A program made the translations under genes and the position numbers. A stretch of DNA of 62,289 bases, filler included. It is 4 parts of 4 records of this genome, joined end to end, with 100 filler letters (N's around TTAATTAATTAA, not from the genome) between each part and the next. Parts side by side here need not be neighbours in the genome. Positions count along the whole stretch, not along the records: positions 19,298 to 37,604 come from SRR20825019_2089; 3 more parts are not named here. One strand, written 5' to 3'. Of this stretch, positions 21,667 to 30,993 are shown piece after piece. The notes under the pieces were generated by a model that saw nothing but the letters and a program-made list of their open reading frames with translations, made no database searches and was not told the origin of the DNA. Position 1 is the stretch's first letter. Each line of letters starts with the position of its first letter.

Positions 21667-23352
21667 TTAGCGGCGAGTGAGCTCCTCTAGAAGACCGCTG
21701 GCTGCCTTCCTGGCCGCCTCCTTCTGCTTGTACAGCTCCTCAGCCATCGCCTGCTTCTCGCGGGTTGCGATGTCTAGGGCGGAGGCGAGGCCGTCATTGC
21801 GCTCCTTGAGGGACCGGATATTGTCCTCCATGGTGGCCGTCTCGACCTCAATAACACGGAGTTGGGTAGCAATCTCCTCAGCCCCCCTCTCAGCGTCTTC
21901 ATTGGACTCGGATATCTGCTTCTTACGGTGCTCGATAACACGTAGGGTATCCTTGCAGTGGCCGTGGAGGACCTTGATGGCCTTCACCTTGTTGGCACCG
22001 AGCACAAGGTGCTGGGACTGGCCGTCGGCTAGCTCCTGGCGCTTCTGCTCAGCCTTGCGGTTTAAGACGGCGATGGAGTCGGACACCTCGGCGGCGGGGG
22101 CGACAATATCCTTGAGGGACATCACACGGTCGGTGAGGGACTGAAGATGTCTGGTGGCGTCCTTGAGGGCCTCCTCCTTATCCTCAACCTCTCTAGTGAG
22201 GGCCTTAGCCCTCTCAGATGCGGTGGTGGTGCGTCCCTTGAGGCCGGATAGATGAACCGCCCTGGACTGGAGGGCGTCGAGTCGTTGACGTCCGACGATG
22301 AAGGACTCCTTGAGGCGGGCACCCTCCTTCTCAGAAGATAGCAGCTCGTCACGGGTGGCATCAATCTGCTTCCGGTAATCCTCGACAGTACGCTCGTAGG
22401 CCGAACGGCGCTCTCTGGTCTCTCCCTCAGCAACGGCGAGGACATCCTGCACAGCCAGACGGCGAGCGGCAGCACCCTCCTCCTCCTTCTCCTCCTCCCC
22501 GGCACGGAAGCGTCTCACGGCGGTCTCCTCCTCCTCGCAAAGCTCAGATAGTGCAGAGCGGATGTTGGAGGTGCGGTCTAGCTCGTCCTGCTGAGCACGA
22601 CGGAGGGAGCTGCACTGCTGGCGGAGAGCCTCGATCTGGGTGTTGGTGGAGGCACGGACGGAGGTGGTGTTGGCCGACACATTTGTGATGTGGTCCCTGG
22701 TGGTAGCTAGCTCCCGTTGGAGGGTGCTGATACGTACCTCAATGTCGGCCCTGTCATCGGCAGCCCGGGACCTCATGGCCTCGGAGGCGATGGTGGCGTC
22801 CTTGGCACTACCGTCGGCTGACTCCTTCTGGGCACGCAGCTCGGCAACACGCTTACGATCCTCCTCCACGGCGACGGCAAACTGTGAGACATCGCGGCGC
22901 TTGGTGGCCAGCTCGGCCTGGAGTGAGCGAAGGATGGCATCACGGCGAGCCAGCTCGGCCTCTGACCGCTCACACATGCCCTGGGCCATAGTAACGCGCT
23001 CCTCGGCACGGTGCACGCTGCGGTTACAGACAGACGACAGCTGGGCGAGGTCCCGCTCGGCGGTGTCCACACGCTGCTGACGCTCGGTGAGCGCGCTGTT
23101 TACCTTAGCGACGGTCCTCTCCATTGCCATCTTGTCGGATGGGGCAGCAGCCCAGTCCTTGTCGAGAGCACGGCTTGGGGAAGCAAGGATGTCCTGCTCC
23201 CCAGCGGCAGAGCGGAACTGTTGACGGAGTGCACCGTGTAGGCCCTCGCCTCCATCAGCACGTACGGGAAACCTCTGGCTTTGGTCGTCCGCGGACGCCG
23301 AGCGCGAGCCGCTGTAAGGAGTGGTGTCCTTAGCGATGGGCGACTGTTGCAT
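21667..23352 (-). CDS. Long coiled-coil protein, unknown function
   Basis: Ala/Glu/Arg/Leu heptad-rich ORF; ATG start MQQSPIAKD follows a pyrimidine tract and AG on the minus strand. Confidence 0.8.
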   Translation of the reverse strand: MQQSPIAKDTTPYSGSRSASADDQSQRFPVRADGGEGLHGALRQQFRSAAGEQDILASPSRALDKDWAAAPSDKMAMERTVAKVNSALTERQQRVDTAERDLAQLSSVCNRSVHRAEERVTMAQGMCERSEAELARRDAILRSLQAELATKRRDVSQFAVAVEEDRKRVAELRAQKESADGSAKDATIASEAMRSRAADDRADIEVRISTLQRELATTRDHITNVSANTTSVRASTNTQIEALRQQCSSLRRAQQDELDRTSNIRSALSELCEEEETAVRRFRAGEEEKEEEGAAARRLAVQDVLAVAEGETRERRSAYERTVEDYRKQIDATRDELLSSEKEGARLKESFIVGRQRLDALQSRAVHLSGLKGRTTTASERAKALTREVEDKEEALKDATRHLQSLTDRVMSLKDIVAPAAEVSDSIAVLNRKAEQKRQELADGQSQHLVLGANKVKAIKVLHGHCKDTLRVIEHRKKQISESNEDAERGAEEIATQLRVIEVETATMEDNIRSLKERNDGLASALDIATREKQAMAEELYKQKEAARKAASGLLEELTRR

Positions 23353-23533
23353 AATTACTAGATAAGAAGGATGTGGGGGAGGGAGGGAAGGGTTCAAAAT
23401 CAATCATCGACACAATCAAATAAACAAGCCACCTCCCCATAATAGGGGTGGATGGTGGCCACATCGGGTGGTTAGAATGGTATGGGTAGTAAGAGGTACA
23501 TGCAAAGCATAAACTAATGATACATTGAGGCTT

Positions 23534-25012
23534 CTACTTGACGGGGCGGAGCTTCTCGGTGTTGCGCTTCTTGACGAGCTCCTGGCGGTACTGCTTGGGT
23601 ACCTGGAGGCCCTCGAGTTCGGTAAGCTTCTGGGTACGAATTGCATCTACGGTTGCCTCGCGGTCACGCATGGCGGCAGCAGCGTCCTGGCCGGTCTGTA
23701 GCTCATCGCGGCGCTTCTTCCTGCGCTGCTCCTCAATCTCATTGATCTGCTTTTGGAGGTCGAGGGCGTTACGGGTACGGAGCTCATTGTCACGTTGACG
23801 CTTGAGGGCGTCCTGCTCCTCTGACTTCTTCTGGAGGGAGATGATGCGATCAAACTCCTCCTGCTCCTGGTAGGCCTGCTCAGCCAACAGCTGCTCGCGA
23901 TCAAACCGCTGCTGCTCGCGGGCACGGGCAAGATCGTCGTTGATTTCGGCGTTGCGCTGGCGCTCGGACTGCTCCCTGCGACGGTTCTCGCGCTCGTGTG
24001 CCTCCTGGGCACGGCGTGCGCGAATGGCATCGAGCTCGGCCTGTTTGTCCTGGGCCTTCTCCTGCTTGGAACGTAGCCTGGCAACCTCCATCTCGCGCTC
24101 ATGCTTAAGCTGGGCCTGTTCGTCAGCGACCTCCTGGTCACGGCGCTCCTTCTCTCGGTTGTATTCAGCGATGCGTGCGTCCTCCTCGATCTCCATCTCC
24201 TGCTGCTTAGACTTGAGACGAATCTGCTCAGCGTTGGCAAGGGCCACGTCCTCCATCAGACGGCGGCTGTTCTCCTTTCTGCGACCTCCCTCATCCTTAT
24301 CCTCGCCCTTCATTTTATCGATGTAGCGCAGCATGGCGTCCTGCTCCTGCTGGCGGAGCTCAATCTTACGGAGACGCTCCTGCTCACGCTCCTCGATCTG
24401 GGCCCGGATGACAGCGGCTCCCTTCTTTTGGTCCTCATGGCGCTTGGCCTCACGCTCCTCGTACATGCGGAGGGCCTTGAGACGCTCGAGCTCCATCATC
24501 ATGTCCAGGCGACGCTCCTCCTCGGCCTTTTCGGCAGAGAGGGCCTTCTTCTCTAGAATCTGGGCGTCACGCACAGTAACGCACTTAGCGTACTGCATCA
24601 CTTGGTTCATACCCTTGACCTCGTCGAGAGACTCGTCCTGCTTACGGCGGGCTACGGACACCTGTTGCTCACGCTCAACCTGCTTCTCGATGTCGGCGAT
24701 GCTCATCACCTGCCCCTGGGCACGGCGGTCCTCATCGTATGCTTGCATCTTAGCCTTACGCTCGTCGGCAATCTTACGGCGGGTCTCGCGGTCCTCGTCG
24801 GCGGCGGCACGGGCATTGCCCTGGCGGAAGGAGGGGTGTTGTCCCTTGGCTAGGCCCTTAAGGATCTCCAGCTCAGACTTGAGGAGGATCACAAGGGTCT
24901 TGCCTTCCGACTCGGGGACGGCATAGGAGCTGGTGGCCAACCTCTTCTTGAGACGGCCGTCGTTGTGGATCTCCGCCCGGGAGGGGAACACGGTGGGCAT
25001 TTTGCGCTGCAT
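23534..25012 (-). CDS. CFAP45: Cilia- and flagella-associated protein 45 (CCDC19, TPH domain)
   Basis: DEVKGMNQVMQYAKCVTVRDAQILEKK, MMMELERLKAL and DKQAELDAIRARRAQE match the conserved CFAP45 motifs. Confidence 0.9.
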   Translation of the reverse strand: MQRKMPTVFPSRAEIHNDGRLKKRLATSSYAVPESEGKTLVILLKSELEILKGLAKGQHPSFRQGNARAAADEDRETRRKIADERKAKMQAYDEDRRAQGQVMSIADIEKQVEREQQVSVARRKQDESLDEVKGMNQVMQYAKCVTVRDAQILEKKALSAEKAEEERRLDMMMELERLKALRMYEEREAKRHEDQKKGAAVIRAQIEEREQERLRKIELRQQEQDAMLRYIDKMKGEDKDEGGRRKENSRRLMEDVALANAEQIRLKSKQQEMEIEEDARIAEYNREKERRDQEVADEQAQLKHEREMEVARLRSKQEKAQDKQAELDAIRARRAQEAHERENRRREQSERQRNAEINDDLARAREQQRFDREQLLAEQAYQEQEEFDRIISLQKKSEEQDALKRQRDNELRTRNALDLQKQINEIEEQRRKKRRDELQTGQDAAAAMRDREATVDAIRTQKLTELEGLQVPKQYRQELVKKRNTEKLRPVK

Positions 25013-25117
25013 TCTTCACTTCTTAATTAAAATGGGGAAATAATAAAAGAGTCACTTTTAAAAAACAAGATGCATTTCACAAGCGTAGGTCTAATCGATT
25101 ATACAGCAATATCCTTT

Positions 25118-25543
25118 TTACTCGGCACCAGCCTGGTTGCGGCGCTCAACCAGGGTGCTCTCCTGCATCCGCTTGGAATGCTCTGCCCGCCGCATCATTA
25201 GCTCATTGCGCTCATGGATAAACTCGGGGCTGTTCATCAACTTGTTGGGGTCCTCGGTGGGGAGGCGGAGGACGATGGCAAGGGTCTTAGAGTGACACAC
25301 TATGTAGGTCGTGGCCATAAACCCACCAACAGCGACGCATCCAAACAGATGGCGGGGAAAGTTGTGGAACATGTAGTTACGGTAGGTTCGTCTGTAATAA
25401 CGTCGGACTGCTCCTCTCTCTTCGGGGTACCGCCAGGCATTGAACACCCTCTTTGCCGACTCCCTCCACGTCTTGGGGTCGCTGTTGGGGATCGCGTCAG
25501 ACACCAAACCCTTCTGGTAGCACATTAATGTAGTGCGCCTCAT
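25118..25543 (-). CDS. Small putative mitochondrial membrane protein
   Basis: 141 aa, short MRR-type N-terminus typical of kinetoplastid mitochondrial presequences, one hydrophobic segment (LFGCVAVGGFMATTYIV). Confidence 0.65.
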   Translation of the reverse strand: MRRTTLMCYQKGLVSDAIPNSDPKTWRESAKRVFNAWRYPEERGAVRRYYRRTYRNYMFHNFPRHLFGCVAVGGFMATTYIVCHSKTLAIVLRLPTEDPNKLMNSPEFIHERNELMMRRAEHSKRMQESTLVERRNQAGAE

Positions 25544-25709
25544 TGAGCTGATAGACTAAACACTAAGAAAGAAAAAAGAGAAAATGATCATATTATTCAG
25601 GCAAATACTACTACATTTAAAACATCAACACAAAATACGTTATTTTGGGTAATTGCAACAATTTTCACGCGTAAATAATAGCATAGTGTATCAGTACCTC
25701 TACTCGCCT

Positions 25710-26387
25710 CTAACAGCAGGTGCTTCCTCCGCCGCCACTGCCGCCCTCCTTCTTATTCTGGCTGGCAGCGTTGAGATTTACAGATTGGCTGCGGGTGGCA
25801 TTGGTGTTGGTGTTGGCGGCTCCTCCTCGGGCCTTCATGTCCTCGAAGATGTTGAGGGTGATTTGTTGGAAGGCGTGGAGCACGTTGTCCTTCTCCTTGG
25901 CGGATGTCTCAATGTACCCCATGTTGTGGCGCTGGGCCCATGCGGCGGCCTCCTCCCTGGGGACCTGTCGGTTGCTGCCCTGGTTAGCCTCGTCGAGTTT
26001 ACACCCGATGAGCATGCAGGGGATTCCGGGGAGTGCCTGCTGGCGGACACGATCCAACCAGGCATCGAGGTGTAGGAATGAGGCGCGGTGGGTAAGGTCG
26101 AAGCACATCAGTACACCGTTGGCCCCACGGTAGAAGGCGGTGGCGACGGACTGGAAACGCTCCTGGCCGGCGGTATCCCAGATCTGTAGTCGGATTCGCT
26201 TCTCAAGGAAGTGCATGAAGTACATCCTGAAGTCGATGGCAATGGTGGAGGCGTAGTCCTTGTAGAAGACATCCTCGGACAGGCGGACGGTGAGGGACGA
26301 CTTTCCTACACCACTATCCCCAATAACAATAATCTTGAAGATGTAGTCGCAATCACTACCGGGGGCGGCGGCGGGTACGGCAGACAT
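25710..26387 (-). CDS. Rab GTPase, kinetoplastid RabX1-like
   Basis: GDSGVGKS, TIAIDF, WDTAGQERF, GCKLD, ETSAK and C-terminal CC prenylation motif. Confidence 0.92.
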   Translation of the reverse strand: MSAVPAAAPGSDCDYIFKIIVIGDSGVGKSSLTVRLSEDVFYKDYASTIAIDFRMYFMHFLEKRIRLQIWDTAGQERFQSVATAFYRGANGVLMCFDLTHRASFLHLDAWLDRVRQQALPGIPCMLIGCKLDEANQGSNRQVPREEAAAWAQRHNMGYIETSAKEKDNVLHAFQQITLNIFEDMKARGGAANTNTNATRSQSVNLNAASQNKKEGGSGGGGSTCC

Positions 26388-26648
26388 TGTGATGGTAGGG
26401 ATCTAATAAGACACTTTAAATAGGTAAGAGTGGGTGGAATGGTAGAATTGAACAACGCAACAGCAGCATGACAACAAGAAGATATAAATATGTGGGGTAA
26501 TGTGTGACGCACGCGCTGAATAGAGAAAGAAAAGTATGAAAAGCATGGAGTCCACATATTACACAGTACGGGGGGTATACGATTCCAAGGTAAGAGGAAG
26601 CTTGTGTAACTTCCGATTTCAATTAATGCGGTTGGGCACACTGAAGGA

Positions 26649-27173
26649 CTACACGAGGATGGCGTAGGTATCAGAAGTACCCACCTTACCCTCCTCGGCA
26701 CTGGCGAGGGTACGGGTGGTGGAGCTGATGAGGGCGTTACGTGCCAGGGCGGTGCGGTACCGTAGCAGGGGGGAGGCATCGCTGAGCATACGACCGATTG
26801 ACCCAATGAAGGGGCGGAAGTAAGCCGACATGTAGTCCCATCCAGCAACGAATATGGGGAACATGATGGCGAAGGGAAAGAACAGGATAGAGATGAACAG
26901 ATACGAGAATCGGTAGATGTTGGCGTAGAGGCGATTGAGGGTTCGGTACACGTTACGCTCACAGTCGGAGAGCATCTCAGCTGGGACCTGGGGGGCAAAG
27001 TAGCAGGGAACGGTGCGGATTTCCCCATCAGTGAAAGGGACGGGCTCCTGGCGGAGAGTGCTGCCCTCATCGAAGGTTGACAGTTGGTATGAGCGGAGCA
27101 TGATGAGGCCCTCGGCCGCATCGCTTTGGACGTTCATGCTAACCAGGGGGGTGTTGGACTCGGCCTTCGACAT
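26649..27173 (-). CDS. Small membrane protein, 174 aa (weak caveolin-like pattern)
   Basis: ATG-started ORF on the array strand with GC3-rich codon usage; long aromatic/hydrophobic stretch YRFSYLFISILFFPFAIMFPIFVAGWDYMSAYFRPFIGSIGRMLS. Confidence 0.75.
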   Translation of the reverse strand: MSKAESNTPLVSMNVQSDAAEGLIMLRSYQLSTFDEGSTLRQEPVPFTDGEIRTVPCYFAPQVPAEMLSDCERNVYRTLNRLYANIYRFSYLFISILFFPFAIMFPIFVAGWDYMSAYFRPFIGSIGRMLSDASPLLRYRTALARNALISSTTRTLASAEEGKVGTSDTYAILV

Positions 27174-27276
27174 GTTTCTTTGAGGGAAAATATAAAAGGA
27201 AATTGGTCTACAGAATTAAATACATTTCAGAGAAGCATTCAACAGACAATAAAATGCAAATAATAATTTACGTGCG

Positions 27277-30200
27277 TTACATTAGCAAACGCTGCCCGAA
27301 TGTGCTCGAGGGAAGAGCAAGGCCTCCGTGCTCGCTACCCCGGCCGCTGAGGAGTAGGAAGAGGAGTAGCAGGGGTTGTTCCTCTGTGGATATAAGCTGG
27401 GGCTCGGCGCTGGTGATGACACCGTCCCTGTGGGGGTAAACGGCCACGTATGGCAGCTGGGATATGGCCGCATTGAGGAACCCCTCTAACGCCCTAAATA
27501 TAGGGGAGTTGGCAAAGTAGATGGCATTGTTTCTACTATTGCTCGCACCCGTTAAACTACTAGCAGGTAGTTCAGAAATGGACAGTCTCTTTCTACTCCA
27601 GCCCCCCTTATTATTGGTACCCTTAGTACCCCTGCTGCTGCCCTTCTTGGCCTTGTCGTTGGTGGGGGAGGAGGTAGAGGAGGAGGAGGGGGTGTTGCCG
27701 AAGCCGCCCTCCACCATGGAGTGGAGGGCAGATATGACCTGCTCGTTGGTGGGGAGGGTATAGTGGCTAACACTGTTGGTAGGCGATCCATCCTCATCGC
27801 TGTTGGGCTCAAGGGCCACCAAGACGTTCAGATGGGATTGGTCATCGCGAGGTGATCCGGATGAGCTGCTGGAGGCCCCACCGTGTAATCGATCCAAGAA
27901 GGCGGTGGGGATTGAAACCACAGGTAGCCGTGACTTGTCCGCCGTCACAGCGACACTGATCATACTTCGGGTGGTGAAGGGTTGCTGTGTACCATGGGGG
28001 TGGCCATCGGGGGGTGATGGGTGCTTTCGACATGCAGTGGGAACGGTCTCAGAGGACATGGTCATTGCCAGTGTAGACCCCTCCATAAAGTAGCTATGTT
28101 GTAATGCGGTGTGTAGGACAGTGCTCAGGGATCGGACCTGGGAGGTAGGGTGCTGGGGGTCGGAGGGGGGGAGGGAGTCGGCACTCTGGGTGTCGGGGAG
28201 GGGCAGGTTCCAGTGGAACTGGATAGTATCACTAGTCGTCCCATCCACCCCCAATGCCTCACTTACCGTGTCCACATTATCCCTTCCCCAAAAGGTTGCC
28301 TTCCTGAGCAATGCACGAGCATGCAGGATATCCCCCTCACTGACTGACACATCGGCCGATACACCTGTGGGTACCAGGGACGAGGGCGGAGGAGTGTTTG
28401 ATGATGGGGTCCCTGTGTTGGTAGTCCGCCTCCGTTTGACAACCCGCCTCCCCATTGTGTGTCGCCACACAGTTTGGAACTTGGGCCTGGTCTGGGGATT
28501 GTTGACGGTACACCAGTTAGTGCGACCAGCCCGCTGTAGGGCCTTGCGGATGCGTCGTCGCTGCTGCCATTGGGGTGAAGCCCGAAGTCTCTGTCGGCGG
28601 GGACTCTCATCATCGCTGCATACAGTATCGACATCATTAGCAGCAGAGGGACCTGTGATGGCAAGCCGGTTCTGGACTCGGCGGTTAGCACTCCCCGACC
28701 CCGACGCCAACACCCTCATCAGTGCCTCGCGTACCGTTAGTTGCCGCCTCCTCCCCGGCTGGGGTGCCACCCCCCTGTACAGGGATAGTGCCATGGTGGG
28801 GGTGGAGGGCATTGGGGGACTGAGGGGGATGTACAATGGGGGGCTGGTGGGCAACTCTATGTCAGCTGGGCGCATTGGCTTGGGTATAGACGGTACACGG
28901 GGCCCCTTACGCCTAGCACTCCTACGGCCCACCTTCTTACTACCCGTTGAGGGGGGTAGGGGGGCCATGGGGGAGGCAGGGGCCCGCCAATCGAGTGCCT
29001 GGTGGAAGGGGCTGGTGGTGCCCGAACTCCACATACTACCCCCACCACTGCTACCCCCACCAACGCCCCTCTGGGAGCCGACCACCGATGAGAAGGATGA
29101 GGAGGAGGAGTTCATAGAGGAGGTGCTGACGTCCTCACTAAGGGAGTCTACAATAGTACGGTGGTCGGGGTCGTGGGTAATTCTGGGGGTATCGGAGGTG
29201 CTCACAGGGGGCTGCGAGCTCACCCCCTCACAATCCTCATCGTCCTCCAACTTTGGTAGGAGGTCGTCGATGCTGATGTCGTCATCATCATCACTATGGT
29301 GGGTGTGGCTGTGAGTGAGGAGCGCCTGGGAGGTTGCGGAGGCAGGGCGGAAGGGCGAGACGGCCTGGGCAGGGTGGTGGAAGTAGTCGAGCAGTCCGCG
29401 GGGGGCCATGTTGAGATCCGTCCCCTTGGGAAGCACTACACTGCCCATAACCCTCTGAAGGGCCTCTGGGGTCCACATGGGGCGATAGGGCGGCCACACA
29501 CCCACCGCCTCATATGGAGGAGGATCCCCAAACATGCGTCTCTTGGACTTCTTACCCACCCTCTGGGGGGGCTTGGGGGCGGGTTGGGGGTCAGATAGAT
29601 CAGCCTGCTCGCACTCAGGCGCTGGCTTTTGAACTGCATCACTATTCAAATCAACTGGTGGTAACTCCGAGAATGGCTCCGCTGGTGTTGTTGGTGACTT
29701 TGGTGGGGACTCTACCTTTGGCTGCTTTCGTTTCCTCCCTCTACGCTTTTTCTTGTTCACCCGTGGTGTGGTGGGTGGGGTAATGTCGAGCACCTCGACG
29801 GGTGACTCAGCTGCCTTTGTGGGTGGTGTATCAGGCGACACATCGCAGGGGTCACATACATCAACATGATCACTTACCTCAGCATCGACACCCTTCTTCT
29901 CACCACCCCCTTCCTTCTCAGCGGCCAGTTGAGCTTCCCTCTCGGCTGCCATCTTAGCCTGCGCTATTTGAAGGCGGCGCTTTCTGCCCTCCCTCTTTAT
30001 CTTATCAGCCGAGTCTGCATATGGGTGTGTGTCGGCGTGTAGGCCCACATTGATAAAGTCGTGCACGTCTGTAGGAGGGACCCCCTCCACTGACACACTC
30101 AGCTCGAGCTCCCTGAGGAACTTCTCGTAGTCTTGTTGTTCAACGGCACTATCGGTCATTTCGAGCGGCATCGCACACGCCGCAGCAAATCGGACCAACT

Positions 30201-30864
30201 GCTCAGTGTATCTAAAAGATATAAAGTAATGGTGCTCGGGAAGGGAAGGGGGGATGTTCAAGCCACGGACCTCGGCTAGGGTAGGGGCGTGGTGGAACAG
30301 TTGGACCTTATTTCCATTCTCCTCCACGTGAATCCCTACCTTCTCCTGCACCCCAACCCTGTGGGCTAGGATATGCTCCTCCAGCTGGTGCATCAGCGCA
30401 GGAAGTACCACATTGTTCGGTAAGAGGTTCACGAATAATTTATCAAATTCCCTTGATTCAATAAAAAATGGGTTAGCCTCCCTCACTACGGTTGCAGAGA
30501 CTTTCCTGGAAGTGATATGTTGGAGCGGTGTGGGATCAAACTTAGCGAGACCCTTTTCCTCTAATAAATGCTTCCGTACCAGTACAACCACTTCTCTCCT
30601 ACAGTAGGAGGTAATCCTGGACTTAATGCCCCTATCGAGGGAAGGTATGCCCGCCTGGGTGGAATCCGCCGCCCACGAGGGCAACGACTTTATATCAACA
30701 CCTTTTGATGATGCAGTTGAATATTTTTGAGCTTCTATGAATTTGTGTTGGAGTACCCTACCGCTCTGGGCCAACTCCGGGATCAGGTGGCTCCGCTCCT
30801 CCGTCGAAAGAGCCCCCTTGTACACCTTGGTTGGGGCCTCGTGGGCGCCCTCCTTGACGTCCAT
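27277..30864 (-). CDS. Large hypothetical protein: globular N-terminal ~300 aa, then Pro/Ser-rich low-complexity regions with basic NLS-like clusters
   Basis: Long ORF; true start likely MDVKEG (AAAATG after pyrimidine tract + AG); KKKRRGRKRK cluster. Confidence 0.75.
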   Translation of the reverse strand: MDVKEGAHEAPTKVYKGALSTEERSHLIPELAQSGRVLQHKFIEAQKYSTASSKGVDIKSLPSWAADSTQAGIPSLDRGIKSRITSYCRREVVVLVRKHLLEEKGLAKFDPTPLQHITSRKVSATVVREANPFFIESREFDKLFVNLLPNNVVLPALMHQLEEHILAHRVGVQEKVGIHVEENGNKVQLFHHAPTLAEVRGLNIPPSLPEHHYFISFRYTEQLVRFAAACAMPLEMTDSAVEQQDYEKFLRELELSVSVEGVPPTDVHDFINVGLHADTHPYADSADKIKREGRKRRLQIAQAKMAAEREAQLAAEKEGGGEKKGVDAEVSDHVDVCDPCDVSPDTPPTKAAESPVEVLDITPPTTPRVNKKKRRGRKRKQPKVESPPKSPTTPAEPFSELPPVDLNSDAVQKPAPECEQADLSDPQPAPKPPQRVGKKSKRRMFGDPPPYEAVGVWPPYRPMWTPEALQRVMGSVVLPKGTDLNMAPRGLLDYFHHPAQAVSPFRPASATSQALLTHSHTHHSDDDDDISIDDLLPKLEDDEDCEGVSSQPPVSTSDTPRITHDPDHRTIVDSLSEDVSTSSMNSSSSSFSSVVGSQRGVGGGSSGGGSMWSSGTTSPFHQALDWRAPASPMAPLPPSTGSKKVGRRSARRKGPRVPSIPKPMRPADIELPTSPPLYIPLSPPMPSTPTMALSLYRGVAPQPGRRRQLTVREALMRVLASGSGSANRRVQNRLAITGPSAANDVDTVCSDDESPRRQRLRASPQWQQRRRIRKALQRAGRTNWCTVNNPQTRPKFQTVWRHTMGRRVVKRRRTTNTGTPSSNTPPPSSLVPTGVSADVSVSEGDILHARALLRKATFWGRDNVDTVSEALGVDGTTSDTIQFHWNLPLPDTQSADSLPPSDPQHPTSQVRSLSTVLHTALQHSYFMEGSTLAMTMSSETVPTACRKHPSPPDGHPHGTQQPFTTRSMISVAVTADKSRLPVVSIPTAFLDRLHGGASSSSSGSPRDDQSHLNVLVALEPNSDEDGSPTNSVSHYTLPTNEQVISALHSMVEGGFGNTPSSSSTSSPTNDKAKKGSSRGTKGTNNKGGWSRKRLSISELPASSLTGASNSRNNAIYFANSPIFRALEGFLNAAISQLPYVAVYPHRDGVITSAEPQLISTEEQPLLLLFLLLSGRGSEHGGLALPSSTFGQRLLM

Positions 30865-30993
30865 TTTTACTTTGAAAGCGAGGAGCGAAAGATAATTACA
30901 ACAGCGACGAGAAAATAGCAGACATTCAAGATTAGAAAATTGAATTAAATCGACCACAGGAGGGGAAATATACAATAAAAGTAAGTATACAAA

